The notes under the pieces: generated by a model
Seen by the model: the letters and a program-made list of their open reading frames with translations, nothing else
What the model was told of the DNA's origin: nothing
Database searches by the model: none
Shown here: piece by piece, positions 30,661-43,737 of the stretch
Position numbering within the stretch: position 1 is the stretch's first letter
How the letters are laid out: each line of letters starts with the position of its first letter
Position numbers and translations under genes: made by a program
Assembly: GCA_002104945.1 (NCBI GenBank)
Contig: MCFH01000042.1
Span: 62,001-126,000, forward strand
Length of the DNA stretch: 64,000 bases
Origin: Piromyces finnis finn
Taxonomy: Eukaryota > Fungi > Neocallimastigomycota
Direction: 5' to 3'

Positions 30661-31228
30661 TTTTCTTTTTTATTATTCTTATTATTGTTTTAAGAAAGAA
30701 AAAATAAAAAATAAAATTAAAATTAAAAATACTGTACTATATACTTAATACAATAAATTATTCTTAAAACAATAAAGATTAAATAACTTTTAATTATTTT
30801 ATTTTAAAAAAAAAAAAAAAAAAATACAAAATAAAATAGTATTCTAAACCAATCAGTTTATAATGGCTAATTAAAATGAAATACTTATTATTAAAATTTT
30901 ATAATACTTTTATAATGAAATCTTCCCAATTTTCCAAAAGTGGTTTTGAATTTTTAATATAATGTATTGAAATTTCGAATAAATGTGGCGTATAAATTAT
31001 ATTTGAAAATGTAAATTTTTATTCAAAATATTCAAAATAAATATTCAAATTTGAAAATCTCTAATTAAAAGCAAAGATTTTTGGTAACAAAAATTTTATA
31101 CATTTTTTATTATATTATCCAATAATATGATAATATGAAAAATGAATGTTTAAACTATTGTAATAGTAATTTTTTTTAAAATTTTTATATAAAATTATTT
31201 CCTTCTATATATAATAAATAGAAAAGAA

Positions 31229-33180
31229 ATGTCAACAGCTTATAAAGGAAGTGAAGTAGGTTTATTTCTTGTTATAATATAAGGAAAATTAAAAAAAAAT
31301 AAAAAATAATTATTAATAGAATAATGAGATAAAATCAATGTTTTTTTTTTATATTTTGTTATATAAAACTATAAAGAATTCAATAAAATAATTCTCAATA
31401 AATTTTCACAGGAAACTTTTCAAAAAAAAAAAGTAAAATAAAATTTGTTCATTCTGACTTAAAAAATTTAATATATAATTATTCGTATTTTATATATATC
31501 ATATGCATATAATATAAAGAAAGTCGTATATAAAAATAATAAAATAAAGAAATGTTTTATTATACAATTATACATCAAATATTGATTTAAAGTATTTTAT
31601 AACATTTTATAATAATGATTCAACACTTTATTACAAAATAATTAACACATAAAATGGATATAATATGTTTTTTTTTTTTTTTTTTTTTTTTTTGTAATTA
31701 ATTTAAATTTTATTAAATGAAATTTAAATTTCTTTTTGATACTTAAAGCTTTTGTTTTGGTATTAAATTTTGAATAAAATAAAAGATAAAAAAATAAAAA
31801 GAAATTTAATAATTCTTTCTAAAAAAAAAAAAATAATAATTATTAACAAAAATTAAAATATTAATCATTGATTCTATTATTATATTTACTGGGATTTAAA
31901 TTTACAGGTATTAAAAAATAATAAGAAATAAAACATCTCATTTACAAAATTGAAATGAAATTTTAAATTTTTAATAATAAAATATAAATAATGAAATTTA
32001 CATTTCAAATTAAAAAAATAAAAAATAAATGAAATTTCATTTGAAATTATATTTACATATATGTGTTTTTATTATTATTAAAAAAAAAAAAAAAAAGGGA
32101 GGGAATAAAAACAATATTAAAAAATAATGGGAAGAATAATTTTCTTTGCTTTATTTGTTTTTTTGTATTACATACATGCACACTAGATAATAAATAATTT
32201 ATTTTATTAATTTTACTTTATATTTTAAAAAAGGTTGGTGGAGATACTAATTTCAGAAGAACATGGGATAAAGAAGAATACGAAAAAAAAGCTCTTGAAA
32301 GAGAAAGAGAAAACGGTATTATATTTATATATTAATTTTATATTAATTTTTTTTAAAAAAATATATTATTATTATTATATTTATGTCTAATAATTAATAA
32401 TTAATAATAAATGAATAAATAAATACAAAAAGAAAGAGCAAAAATAAAGGAAAAACCTACCGAACTTTTAAAGGCAAGAAAAGAAAAGTTAGAATTAGAC
32501 AAATATCTTGGAAAATCACAAGTTGTACAAACTACTGGTTCTGCTGCAAAGCAACCAGGTTTTTACTGTAAAGTATGTGATTGTACTATTAAAGATAGTG
32601 TTAACTATTTAGATCACATTAACGGAAAGCGTCGTATGTATTTTATGTCATTTAATATACATTTAATTTATATTAGTAATATTAAATATTATTGATATTA
32701 ATGAACATTTTTTAATACAAATAATATATTAGATCAAAGTAAATTAAATAGAACTATGAAGGTTGAAAGAAGTTCTATTGAAGATGTCAGAGCAAAATTA
32801 GCAAAATTGAAAAGTAAAAAAGAACCAGAAAAGGAATTAAGTAATATTAAAATGATAATAATAATGAATACTATATAACATATATTCCTATTTATGAATA
32901 TACTTTAATAAGATTTTTTATTATATCCTTTATTGTATAAAATTCATGCAATCATACAATCAAAACAACAAATATTTATTATACCCTTGTTTTATGAATA
33001 GCCTTTGATGAAAGAATAGAAAAGGCAAAGAAAGATGAAGAAAAAAGAAAAGAATTAAGAAAATCTAAAAAGAAGGAAAAAAGAAGAAGAAAGAGAGAAC
33101 AAGAAGAACAAGATAGTGAAAGTATAAATCCAGAATTAGCGGCTATGATGGGTTTCAAAAAATTTAAATCTTCAAAATAA
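31229..33180 (+). CDS. SNU23: U4/U6.U5 snRNP matrin-type zinc-finger protein Snu23/ZMAT2
   Basis: [45 protein letters not shown] and ELAAMMGFKKFKSSK*. Probable first exon 31229-31255 (MSTAYKGSE) splices in phase 0 to 32234. Confidence 0.9.
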
Positions 33181-33795
33181 ATTGTATACCCATTCTACAA
33201 AGAATATATTAATATTCTTTATTAATTTTTTTTTTATTATTATTTTTCAAATCATATTAATATATTGTTCTTTTTCTTAATTTTTTTTTTTTTTTTCATT
33301 TCCTTTCTTTAAACCAAGAAAAAATTTTGTTAAATTTTAATCATTAATTATACTTTTTTATAATAATTAAATTAAAATAAAATTATATATAAACATTCAA
33401 ATATGTTGACTATGTACATCCTTGATTAATAGTGTACATCGGATAATATAAACAATGGTTAAATATAATGAACACTTTAAAAAAAATAAAAATAATAAAT
33501 ATATTTATAGTTTTATATTTAAAAATTATATTAAATTATATTATATTGTTTTAAATTATTTTAATGATAATTAATAATTTTTAAAATATTTTGTTCTGTT
33601 TTGTTTTTGTTTTTTGATTTTTTGTTTGTTTTGATTTTGTTTTTTCTTTTCTTTTACTAATATTACTGTTTTTTTTTTTTTTTTTTTGTTTTTTTGTTTT
33701 TTTTAAAAAAAATATCTGATATCTAATATTTTATTTTATTTTATATATATAATTTAAAAATTTTATTGCTTTCAATATTCTAAAAATTTTATTTT

Positions 33796-36091
33796 CTAAT
33801 TATTCTTTTTGGATTTATTTTTCTTAGCTTTCTTTTTATCGGTGGAAACTTCTTGTGGCTTTAATTCAAATGGCTCATTGTCTAAGACTTTTGAAGTCAT
33901 ATCATTTTTATCCTTACTATCATCTTTACTAGATTTTTTAAATAATGGAGTAAAAACAAATTGGTATAAAGCAAATATAGCCAAACAACCGAAAACAACA
34001 GACTAAAGTATAAATATATTAATAAATAAATTATAAGCAATTTAATTAATACAAAATAATAATTGAATTAAATAAAATATTAATATCAACATATATTAAA
34101 AAAAAAACTTACCCAGAAAATTATTATTCTTTTTGGTGTTGGTTCATGGAATTCACCCTTTGAATACTTGATACAAATAATGGTTTCAAGAGCTAAAATT
34201 GCTACAGTAACCCAAGCTTGTGTACCTAATTTCTTACATGATCTTGAAAAAATAATAATTAATAAAAAAATTAATATTCCATATAAAAGATATCCACATT
34301 AAATTTATCTATACATTAATTATTCCTTATAAAAAAGGGGGTATAATATTATTATTTTTTTCAAATGCTTACTTATCAATTAAGAATCTGTAGGCTTCAC
34401 TTGTACCAGCAGCACTAGCACCTGCTAATAAAACTAAACGTAAGGTAACATAAAGATGTTCAGATGGAATCCATAAAAGATATTTAAGGAAGAAACCATT
34501 AAGATCAAGTTGGATAGCAAAGAATAACATTAAAAGAACACCGCAGAAGTTTCTGAAACTAGTAGTAAATCCCCATTCGAATTTTGTCCAGTGGTGTGGA
34601 GTAAATTGTTGAGCTGCTCTCTTAAGTTTTCCTTTTGCGGTTTCAATTTCGTTAAAGCCTCTCCAGGAATAGTGCTATTAATTAATAATTTCAATATATA
34701 TCATAAGTTTGTATAAATAAATATTAAATCATATTAAAAACATAAAACAACTAAAACATAAAACTAAAATTCTTAATTTTTTTATAACAATTTATTCTTA
34801 AATTACTTACTTTCATTTCAAGATATTTGCATGTTTTCATACCAAGCCAAATACCAGCCCAGTTACAGGTAAGAACATCTAAAATCCACTAATTAAAAAA
34901 ATAATAAAATAAAATGATTTTAATTTTTATAAATAAATATATATTTAAAGCAATATATATTATGTAATATTTATAATTATTTTAAAACTTACGTGATCCC
35001 ACCAACATTCATTAAAGTTTGGAAGAAGATGTTGTAAAGAATATTCACAAAATTCGAATAAAATTGAAAGAATCCAGCAGAACCAATAATCACGAAGAAT
35101 AAGAGCACGACCAAACCAACCTAAGAAATGAGCAAGAACAAAAATATCATAAACTTGATCCTTAAGATTTTCATAGGTTAAATCACAATTATCACCATAA
35201 CTTTTTTCAGGTAATTCAATACCTAATGAACTATCGATATATCCTAATAACTTTCTCATATCATTTTTATCCTAAATGAATTAAAAAAAAATATAGAATG
35301 AAATTATTAGTAAATATATTACACATATTACTAAACATTTTTTAAATTATCTTTAATATATCTATATAAATCTTACTTGGAATAACATAAAGACAAGAAT
35401 TAACAAATAAATAATAGAGAATGACAATACCATTCTCCAAAATGCTGGATGTGGTCTAATGAAAGGACCATCTCTGAATTGCTGTATACCAATTAATATA
35501 AAAACGAAACAGACAACGAAGAAACCGCTAATAAAATATTAAACACAAAGAAGTTGGTTAATCAAAAAGAATAGTTAAAACTAATGATAAATGAATTTAT
35601 TGTAACTTAAATATAATATTTTTTATGAATATGTAAAGAAAAATAATGATTTTAAATAATAATATATTTACTATTTGACATTTGTGATAGTATCCTTTGA
35701 TTCAAAAAAGAAGGCAGAATATATAAAAATACCTAACAAAATTACTATTATTCATAAATATAATATTTTATGTGAAAAAATGTGGAATATGTTTAATAAA
35801 ATTAGACAGCAATAAATAATATTTATATTTAAATAAATTTTATATTAAAAATAAAAATATAATATGTTTGAAAATATCATAAAATAAATAAAAATGTTAA
35901 TATTTACTTAAAGCAGTAATGGTATGTGGAGAATATAGCCATTTAACAGATATTTCATCAACACCCGAATAATATATTGATGATGCTGAATTTGATAAAA
36001 CTTTATCAGGTAATAATAATTTAGGGCTTGGAACTGAAAATTCTTCAGTTTCTATTTGATTATTAATTTTTTCTTTTTTATCTGAACCCAT
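33796..36091 (-). CDS. Phosphatidylserine synthase, base-exchange type (PTDSS1/PTDSS2, PSS family), about 8 exons
   Basis: Family motifs YSPHTITAL, RDGPFIRPHPAFWR, DIFVLAHFLGW, LSILFEFCEYSLQHLLPNFNECWWDH, WILDVLTCNW and QFTPHHWTKFEW. Confidence 0.93.
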
Positions 36092-37076
36092 TTTATATTT
36101 ATTTATTTTATATGATTTGTTTTTTGTTTTTTATTTTTTTATTTTATTTATTAATTAATTAATAGATATTATTGGTATCTATAATAGTAAAAAATAAAAA
36201 ATAGATAATAGCATATTTATAAAATACAATATATAAATAAAAAAATGTTAGTTTTTTCTTTTTTTTTTTTTTGCAATGTAAAAAAATAAATATTTTAAAA
36301 TAAATAAACAGTTGAAAATATATATATTAATTATAATTAGATATTATTATTTTTTAATAGATATAAATACATAAATATACTATTAAATTGTTTATTCGAT
36401 TTGATTTATAAATGCCTTAATTTAATTTTACATAAAATATGTTTTTATATTCCACAATATTTACTTCATTATATTTATACTTTTTTATTACTATTATTAC
36501 TATAAATATATTCTATCTATACACAAATTTTAAAATTCTTTTAAAAAAGTAAATTCTTACCTCTTTTTTATATATACAATATTTTTATATATATTGTTTA
36601 TATTTAAAAATGTAAAATTAATATACTAATATAAAATGTAACTTTTGTGTTTTTATTATTCTTTTTCTTTTAAAAAAAAAACTTTTTTACTATTCTTATT
36701 TTAATGTATTTATATTTCAAAGTTTATATTGTTTTGTTGTTATTATTATATTTTTTTAATTATATTATTCTTTTATAATTCCTTTTATCTTTTAAATTTC
36801 TTTTTTATCAATTAAATAATAATGTTTTAATGTTTTTTTTAAACATCAAATGTTTATATAATTAAAAATAAATAAGAATATCAAAAGTAAGATTTAGAAT
36901 AATAATAAAAAAAAAAAAAAATTATATATTATCAAGATAATTTTTTTTAGAGAGAAAAAAAAATAAATGGTAAAATAAAACTTTTATAAAAGTAACAAAA
37001 AAAATTAACAAAATTGTAAAAAAAAATAAATTTTTTGGGTAGTTCAAAAATATCAAATTTATATTAAATAATTTAA

Positions 37077-37411
37077 TTAGCATTCGTTTATTCATTCGTT
37101 TATTCATTTATTTATTTATTCATTCATTCATTTATTTATTTATTTATTCATTTATTTATTCGTTTATTCATTCATTTATTTATTCATTCATTCATTTATT
37201 TATTTATTTATTTATTTATTCGTTTATTCATTCATTTATTTATTCATTCGTTTATTCATTTATTTATTCGTTTATTCATTCATTTATTTATTTATTCGTT
37301 TATTTATTTATTTATTTATTCATTCATTCATTCATTTATTCATTTATTTATTCGTTTATTCATTCATTTATTTATTCATTCATTCATTTATTTATTTATT
37401 TATTTATTCAT

Positions 37412-37446
<35 letters not shown>

Positions 37447-37555
37447 TTCGTTTATTCATTCATTTATTTATTCATTCGTTTATTCATTTATTTATTTATT
37501 TATTTATTTATTTGTTTATTCATTCATTTATTTATTCATTCATTCATTCATTCAT

Positions 37556-37586
<31 letters not shown>

Positions 37587-37590
37587 CTAT
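37077..37590. repeat. About 510-bp degenerate tetranucleotide array of TTTA/TTCA/TTCG units
   Basis: Continuous mosaic of attt, attc and gttt 4-mers. Confidence 0.95.
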
Positions 37591-39865
37591 AATATTATCT
37601 ATTGCCACATTTAGTAATTTTTTTGTAACATTGATTAATGAAATGATATTTATTTAAATAGTATTTATTAATTGATTTAATAATTATAATTGATTTATTT
37701 AATATTATATTATTCATTCATTTATATTTAATTTAACCCCACTATGATGATTTTTAACTATTTACTTTTTTTTTTATTTGGTTACATAGTATTAAATAAT
37801 AAATCTTAAATTTTATAAAATTTTGATGATCATCATTAACTTTTTCTTTTAGTTTATTATTTAATAAGGTTTTTAATTAAATAGAAAACAATATAAAAAA
37901 AATAAAATTTAACCACCAACCCTTCCTTTTATTAAAATTTTCATTACCAGAAGTTTAGTTAAAATTTTGTATTATAAAAACAAACTTATTTTAGATTAAT
38001 AAAAGATTTAATATATTTTTCATATATTAAAATTTTATTATTTTAAATGTAAACATCTTACCTATTTATTCTTTATAAAATAAACTATGAAAAAAAAAAA
38101 AAAAAGATGATGAGTAAATACAATACTTGTTAAAATACTTTTTTATACAAAATAATTTGTATTTATTTTTTTTTCACATTTCCTTATTTATTATAATATT
38201 TATATTAATACCTATCGAATAAAATTAATTATTCAAAATCATACCACAATTTTTAATAAAAAAAAAAAACAATAAAATAATATCATTAAAAACAACTTTT
38301 AAAATATAATAAATAAATATCAATATTTTTTCTTTATTTCAAAAAAATATATTATTTTTCAAGCCACACCAATTATCTCTCAAAACAAAAAAAAATTTTA
38401 CCACTAAGAAGCTTCCATAGAAAAATAGAAATATTGAAAAATGCTGATCAGATATAATAAAATTGTTTATATATTAATAGGTTAGAATATGAAAATTTTC
38501 TTAATCCATCCTTTAATAATTACAAATAAATGAATAGCTTAAAAGATTAACTTTTTTATATACTAAAAGATAAAGATAATTATTATATAATAATATTTTT
38601 ATATAATTTATATTTAAAAAAAAAACTATAAATTATTTTAAGCATACACTTAATAATGACTCTATTATAAATAATATTTATATAAAAATTAGAAAAGATA
38701 TAAATAACTACAACTTTTTAAATAGGTAAATGAAGCGTTACAGGATTATATTTTTTAAAAGCAAAAATTTTATTAGTACAATTATAATAATATAAATATT
38801 TTGAAGTACTATAGATAATATATTTTTATTATTTTCAAAAAATAATAGCAATACATTAATAACAACAACAATTATTATTATAATGATAAATTCTAAAAAA
38901 TATTTTAATAGTAATATAATTTATCATTAATACATTTTTTATTTCTAAAGTCTAATATACACTTCTAGATTCAGCAGAAGTTTCCTATGATTTTTCTTTA
39001 TTGGAGTAGAGAATTAATGTTGAACTGTTGGACTACCTAAGTTAAAAGATACTAAAAAGAGAGGATTATAAGTTTGTGATGAATCACTAGAGGAGGACTG
39101 TTAGAAATAGTTTTCTATATTAGCCTTACTGGAGGAAGTCAGAGAAACACAATAGTTTCTGGTGCATCATGTGATACTTATCACATAAAAAGTCTAAAAG
39201 AAAAACTCTGGTTATAATAAATATATTTTTTTATTTTTTTAATATATGATTTCCAAACTTTAAAAAGTTAATTTTAAATAAGAATAAAGAAAAATTAAAA
39301 ATGAATAAAAGTAAAAAAAAAAAAGATATACATAAATACCTATATATATTAGTGTATTAGTACAATTTATTGTTTTTTTTTTTTAACAAAAGAAGAAAAC
39401 TAAAAAAAAACATAAATATATTAAGAAAGTCTTTACATTAAATTTAATATTATTATATTATATTTATTATTTATACCTCTTTTTTATTAATCTCTAAATA
39501 TTTTTAAAAGTAATATGAATCAATAAATAATAAAAAAAAAAAAGAAAAGAAAAGAAAAAGAAAACAGATGAAAAAAGAATATCAGAATATCAAAAATTAA
39601 TAATTTAATTTTATTATTTAGAAGAAATAATTTTTTTTAATTATATAACAATCATATTAGTAAATATTTATCCTTTTTTTTTTTTTTTTTTTTCTTAATT
39701 CTTATTCTGAAACATATAAAAAAAAAAAGCAACTCTGAATAAAATAGATATAAATTTGAATTATACCCAATTTTTAATGACATAATATAAAATCAATATC
39801 AACAAAAAACAATAATATTTTTTTTTACTGCTATTTCATTAATATAATAATATATAAAGTATAAA

Positions 39866-42800
39866 ATGAAATGTATAATTAATAATAATATGTGAGTAGG
39901 TGTATTGTAAATATTTTTAATATTAATTTATATAAATTTATATAACTATTAAAATAAAAATATTATACTTATATGATTATCACCAAATTTTACTTTTTTA
40001 TACAAGTTTTTTAATACTATATTTTTTTTGGATTGTACATGCAGAAATATTCATTGATAATAATAAATGTGTTACTACGAATAATAATACAATTGAATGT
40101 TCTATAAAAATATGTAAATCAAATACATATGTATATTATAATAATAGAGGCTATTTATGTTCAACGGAATCAACACTAACGTTAATAGAATATGATGGAT
40201 ATTATATTGATAGTATGTAGTACCTTTGCATTTTTTTTTAAAAAATATATAACAATAATAATTCAATTACTATAATATATAATAAAAGTTATTGATTTTT
40301 TTTTTTTTTCTTTTCTTTTTAAATATGATATATTACTTTTTTTACATATAATTATATACAACATATAATAAATTTTCTTTTTTTTATATTATTATTATAT
40401 ATATATATAAATAAAGGTAGTATAATTAGTAATGGTGTAACAAAGCATTTAATAAAAAGAACAACAACAAAAAATAGTGAAATAATGTATGAATCTATTT
40501 TTGGAAAAAATGGATATTACATTAATTCTGGATTAGATCGTTCTACCTATGGATTAATTTTATGCTATTCTAATAAAGGATGTATAACAGGTTATGCTTC
40601 AAAAAGTGGATATTATATTCCAGGAGATGAAATAGGGATTATTTCATGTTCAAAAAATTCTGATTGCTATCTACAAAAAGAGGTCTCAAATTATTATATA
40701 AACTCAGGGTATCAACGAAAATCTTTTCCTCTTATTTATTGTAATAAAGGAAAATGTACGGGTAGTATGGAAATTGATGGATATTATTTAATGCACCATC
40801 CATCTACTTTGATTAAATGTCTTGATCATCAATGTAAAGTAATTAATGCTATGGCTGGTTTTTATTTAAATTCTGAAAATAAAAAATACAATATCATGTG
40901 TATAAAATTTAAAACAAATGTATCATGTGGCAGGAGAATAGCAAGTCAGGGTATATATATTTCAGCTGATAATAATGTTTTATTAAATTGTATGAAGGAA
41001 CAATGCTATGAAGATGAAGTCAATAATGGTATTTACAGAGCTTCATCAACCTACGAATTAATTCCAAATGGTTCTCACCGAGATCAAGGAAATGAAAAGA
41101 TTATGTATAATTTAATTTCATGTGAAAATAGTTTTTGTAAAGAGTTAAGTATGCCAGAATTAAAATCCATTCCTGTGTGTTCTTTTTCTAATGGTATATG
41201 TTTTATCAAGCAGTTGTCTCATGAAGAAAATAGTAAATATTATTTAATGCCAGGAGAGTTTTGTACAAATGAAGATCGCTCCATACTGTATTTATCAACA
41301 GATATTATCTCTGCTAAAGATGACTCAAGTTCATTTTATCCACCATCCCAAAAAAATTGTCTTGCCGCTAGTGATACCTACGCCAACAACTATTTCTTTT
41401 TCACTAATAAACTATATAAACTTGATGAAGGGAAAATTACAACAATTTCAAAGATTGGATTTTATTTAATTAATACTTTAACCAATACTTTAATTACCAG
41501 TTATCATATAAAAGATTATAATCATGAAAATGTCGGAATATATTACTGTAACGGAAATTATTGTAAATATTGGGAAAAACCAGAAATGATTACCTACTTT
41601 ATAGATATACACAATCGAATTTTCAAATATAACCCAAAATATAATGAATTATCCTTTGCCTATAATCATGATATAAAATGCATTTACACAAGAAATCATT
41701 GTATATTAGAGAGAGAAAGAACAGAAAATCAAAAATTTTGTAAAACTGAAAATGGTGAATTAGTTCTTCTTTTACCATCTAAAAATAATGATGCCCTGAT
41801 AGATAGTGTTCAGACTAGATCATATCAGCATCAGCCGAACTCCAATATTCCTAATTCGTTTCACTCCACCAGAGGAGATGTGCCCATTCGATCAACAACT
41901 CGGGATAATTTCACTATGGAAATGGAATGTATAAAAGCTGGTCAAGAAGATAATACAGTGTATGGATTAGCAAAGAATTTATATCAATTAAATTTAAAAT
42001 CTGCTGCACTAATTAATATTTCGGGTTATTATATTGTTAATAATTATACTCATAATGCAATTGATAATAAATATTTTTCATCTTTTGATCATCCTATAAA
42101 AATCTATAGTTGCATTATAGATCAGTGTAATATTGTTTTAAAACCATCTTCAGACTATTTTTATTATGATTATGTTAGTCAATTAATGATAAAATATCAT
42201 CCTAATAATAGTACATGGGAATTATTAACTAATTCTGGATATGTGTATGCTTCAATTTATCCAAAATATGAAGGCATATTTAAATATACGTCATTTTCAA
42301 ATAAAATTACAATGAATACAATTGTGGAAGAAGGTGAATACTATACATTAGATAATAAGCTTTATACTTGTATCAAAATAAATGAGGATGACTATGGATG
42401 TGAACAAATAAGTCAACCAAACTATTATTTAACAGTAAATGGACTTATTTTTAATTGTGAAAATGTTGAATATGAAAAAGATAATCTTACGAAAACATCT
42501 TTTCAATGTACTAAAATGAAATGCAATCTTGATGAAATTTATTCTATTAATGATAATTATTATCGGTGTCTTTCTAATGATATACTATTAAAAATTAATA
42601 ATAAGCATTGCACATTTGATGAAAAGGTGGTGATTAATTATCCAACTATGTTTAGTAATTCAATGGATGAAGATGTCTATCGTCAGGTTTTAAATTCAGA
42701 AATATTACAAGAGAAATATAGTTTAAAGGTATCTTCTACTCAAAAAATAAAATCAAATGTGATACATAGTATTCATGGAGTATTTACAAATTGTACTTAT

Positions 42801-43037
42801 GATCAAGATGTAAAAGTATTTAATTATGATTTGATTTGTGCCGAAGACCAAATCATGGTAAATATCACAACAAAAATTATTGAAATTTGTTCAAAAATGG
42901 ATTATGGCTTTGTTCAATGTATAGCAGAAGATACAAATCCTGATAAATGTAATCCAAGTTCATCAACAAGAATAGTACTACCTATCATTAAACTATTAGT
43001 ATCTATTTTATCACTTTGTTTTATTTTTATCTATTAA
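39866..43037 (+). CDS. Secreted, C-terminally anchored Cys-rich repeat protein, scaffoldin (ScaA)-like, 950 aa, 3 exons
   Basis: Exons 39866-39891, 40007-40212 and 40417-43037 join in frame and supply the signal peptide MKCIINNNIFLILYFFWIVHA. Repeated GYYIN...LIxC....C units. Hydrophobic C-terminus NPDKCNPSSSTRIVLPIIKLLVSILSLCFIFIY. The scaffoldin label rests on recalled similarity to Neocallimastigomycota scaffoldin repeats. Confidence 0.72.
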
Positions 43038-43737
43038 CAGGACTATTTTTAATATAATAATTAGAATAGTATGATTACTATGATTATCATTAAAATATAT
43101 ATATATATCTACATATTTATTTAATATTATCTTATACATTATATAAAAAATATATTAGATTATCTTTATTATTTTAATTTTAAAATATACCATTATATTC
43201 TGTATTTTATACCCATTAATATATATCACACTATACTAAAACAGCTATACTAAAATACATTCTTATAATACAAGCAATAAATTAAAAAAAAGAATATTAA
43301 TCAGTTTAAAAATCTTAATTTATGCCTCTATATTAATTTTTTTTTTTAAAAAAAAAAAAAAAAACTCTTTTTTTAACAAACACAAGATATACGCACCCAC
43401 ACATACACACTTTACTAATTATTATTTTTGTTATTATTATTATTAAATATTAATAAATAAAAATAAATTTATTATAAATTAAATAATTGCAAATTTAAAT
43501 TTTTTTAATAAAAAAAATTTATGTTTTTTTTTTTTTTTTTTATTTTTTGTTTTTGATATTTATGGTGAGTTGTTAAATGGATGTGAGTATGGAATAAAAA
43601 TGTTTTTGGGATGATACTAAAAAAGTGCTAAAAAAAATAAGATTCTAAAAAGTGGTCTTTATACTTATTTATCTTCCTTTAATTGCGCTCTTATTTTCAA
43701 CTTTCATTTAATTATTATTATTTCAAAGGTAACTATA

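Noticed and set aside
30900-31200. RRPE-like AAAATTTT words in the RRP1/SNU23 divergent promoter
   Set aside because: Uninformative at this AT content.
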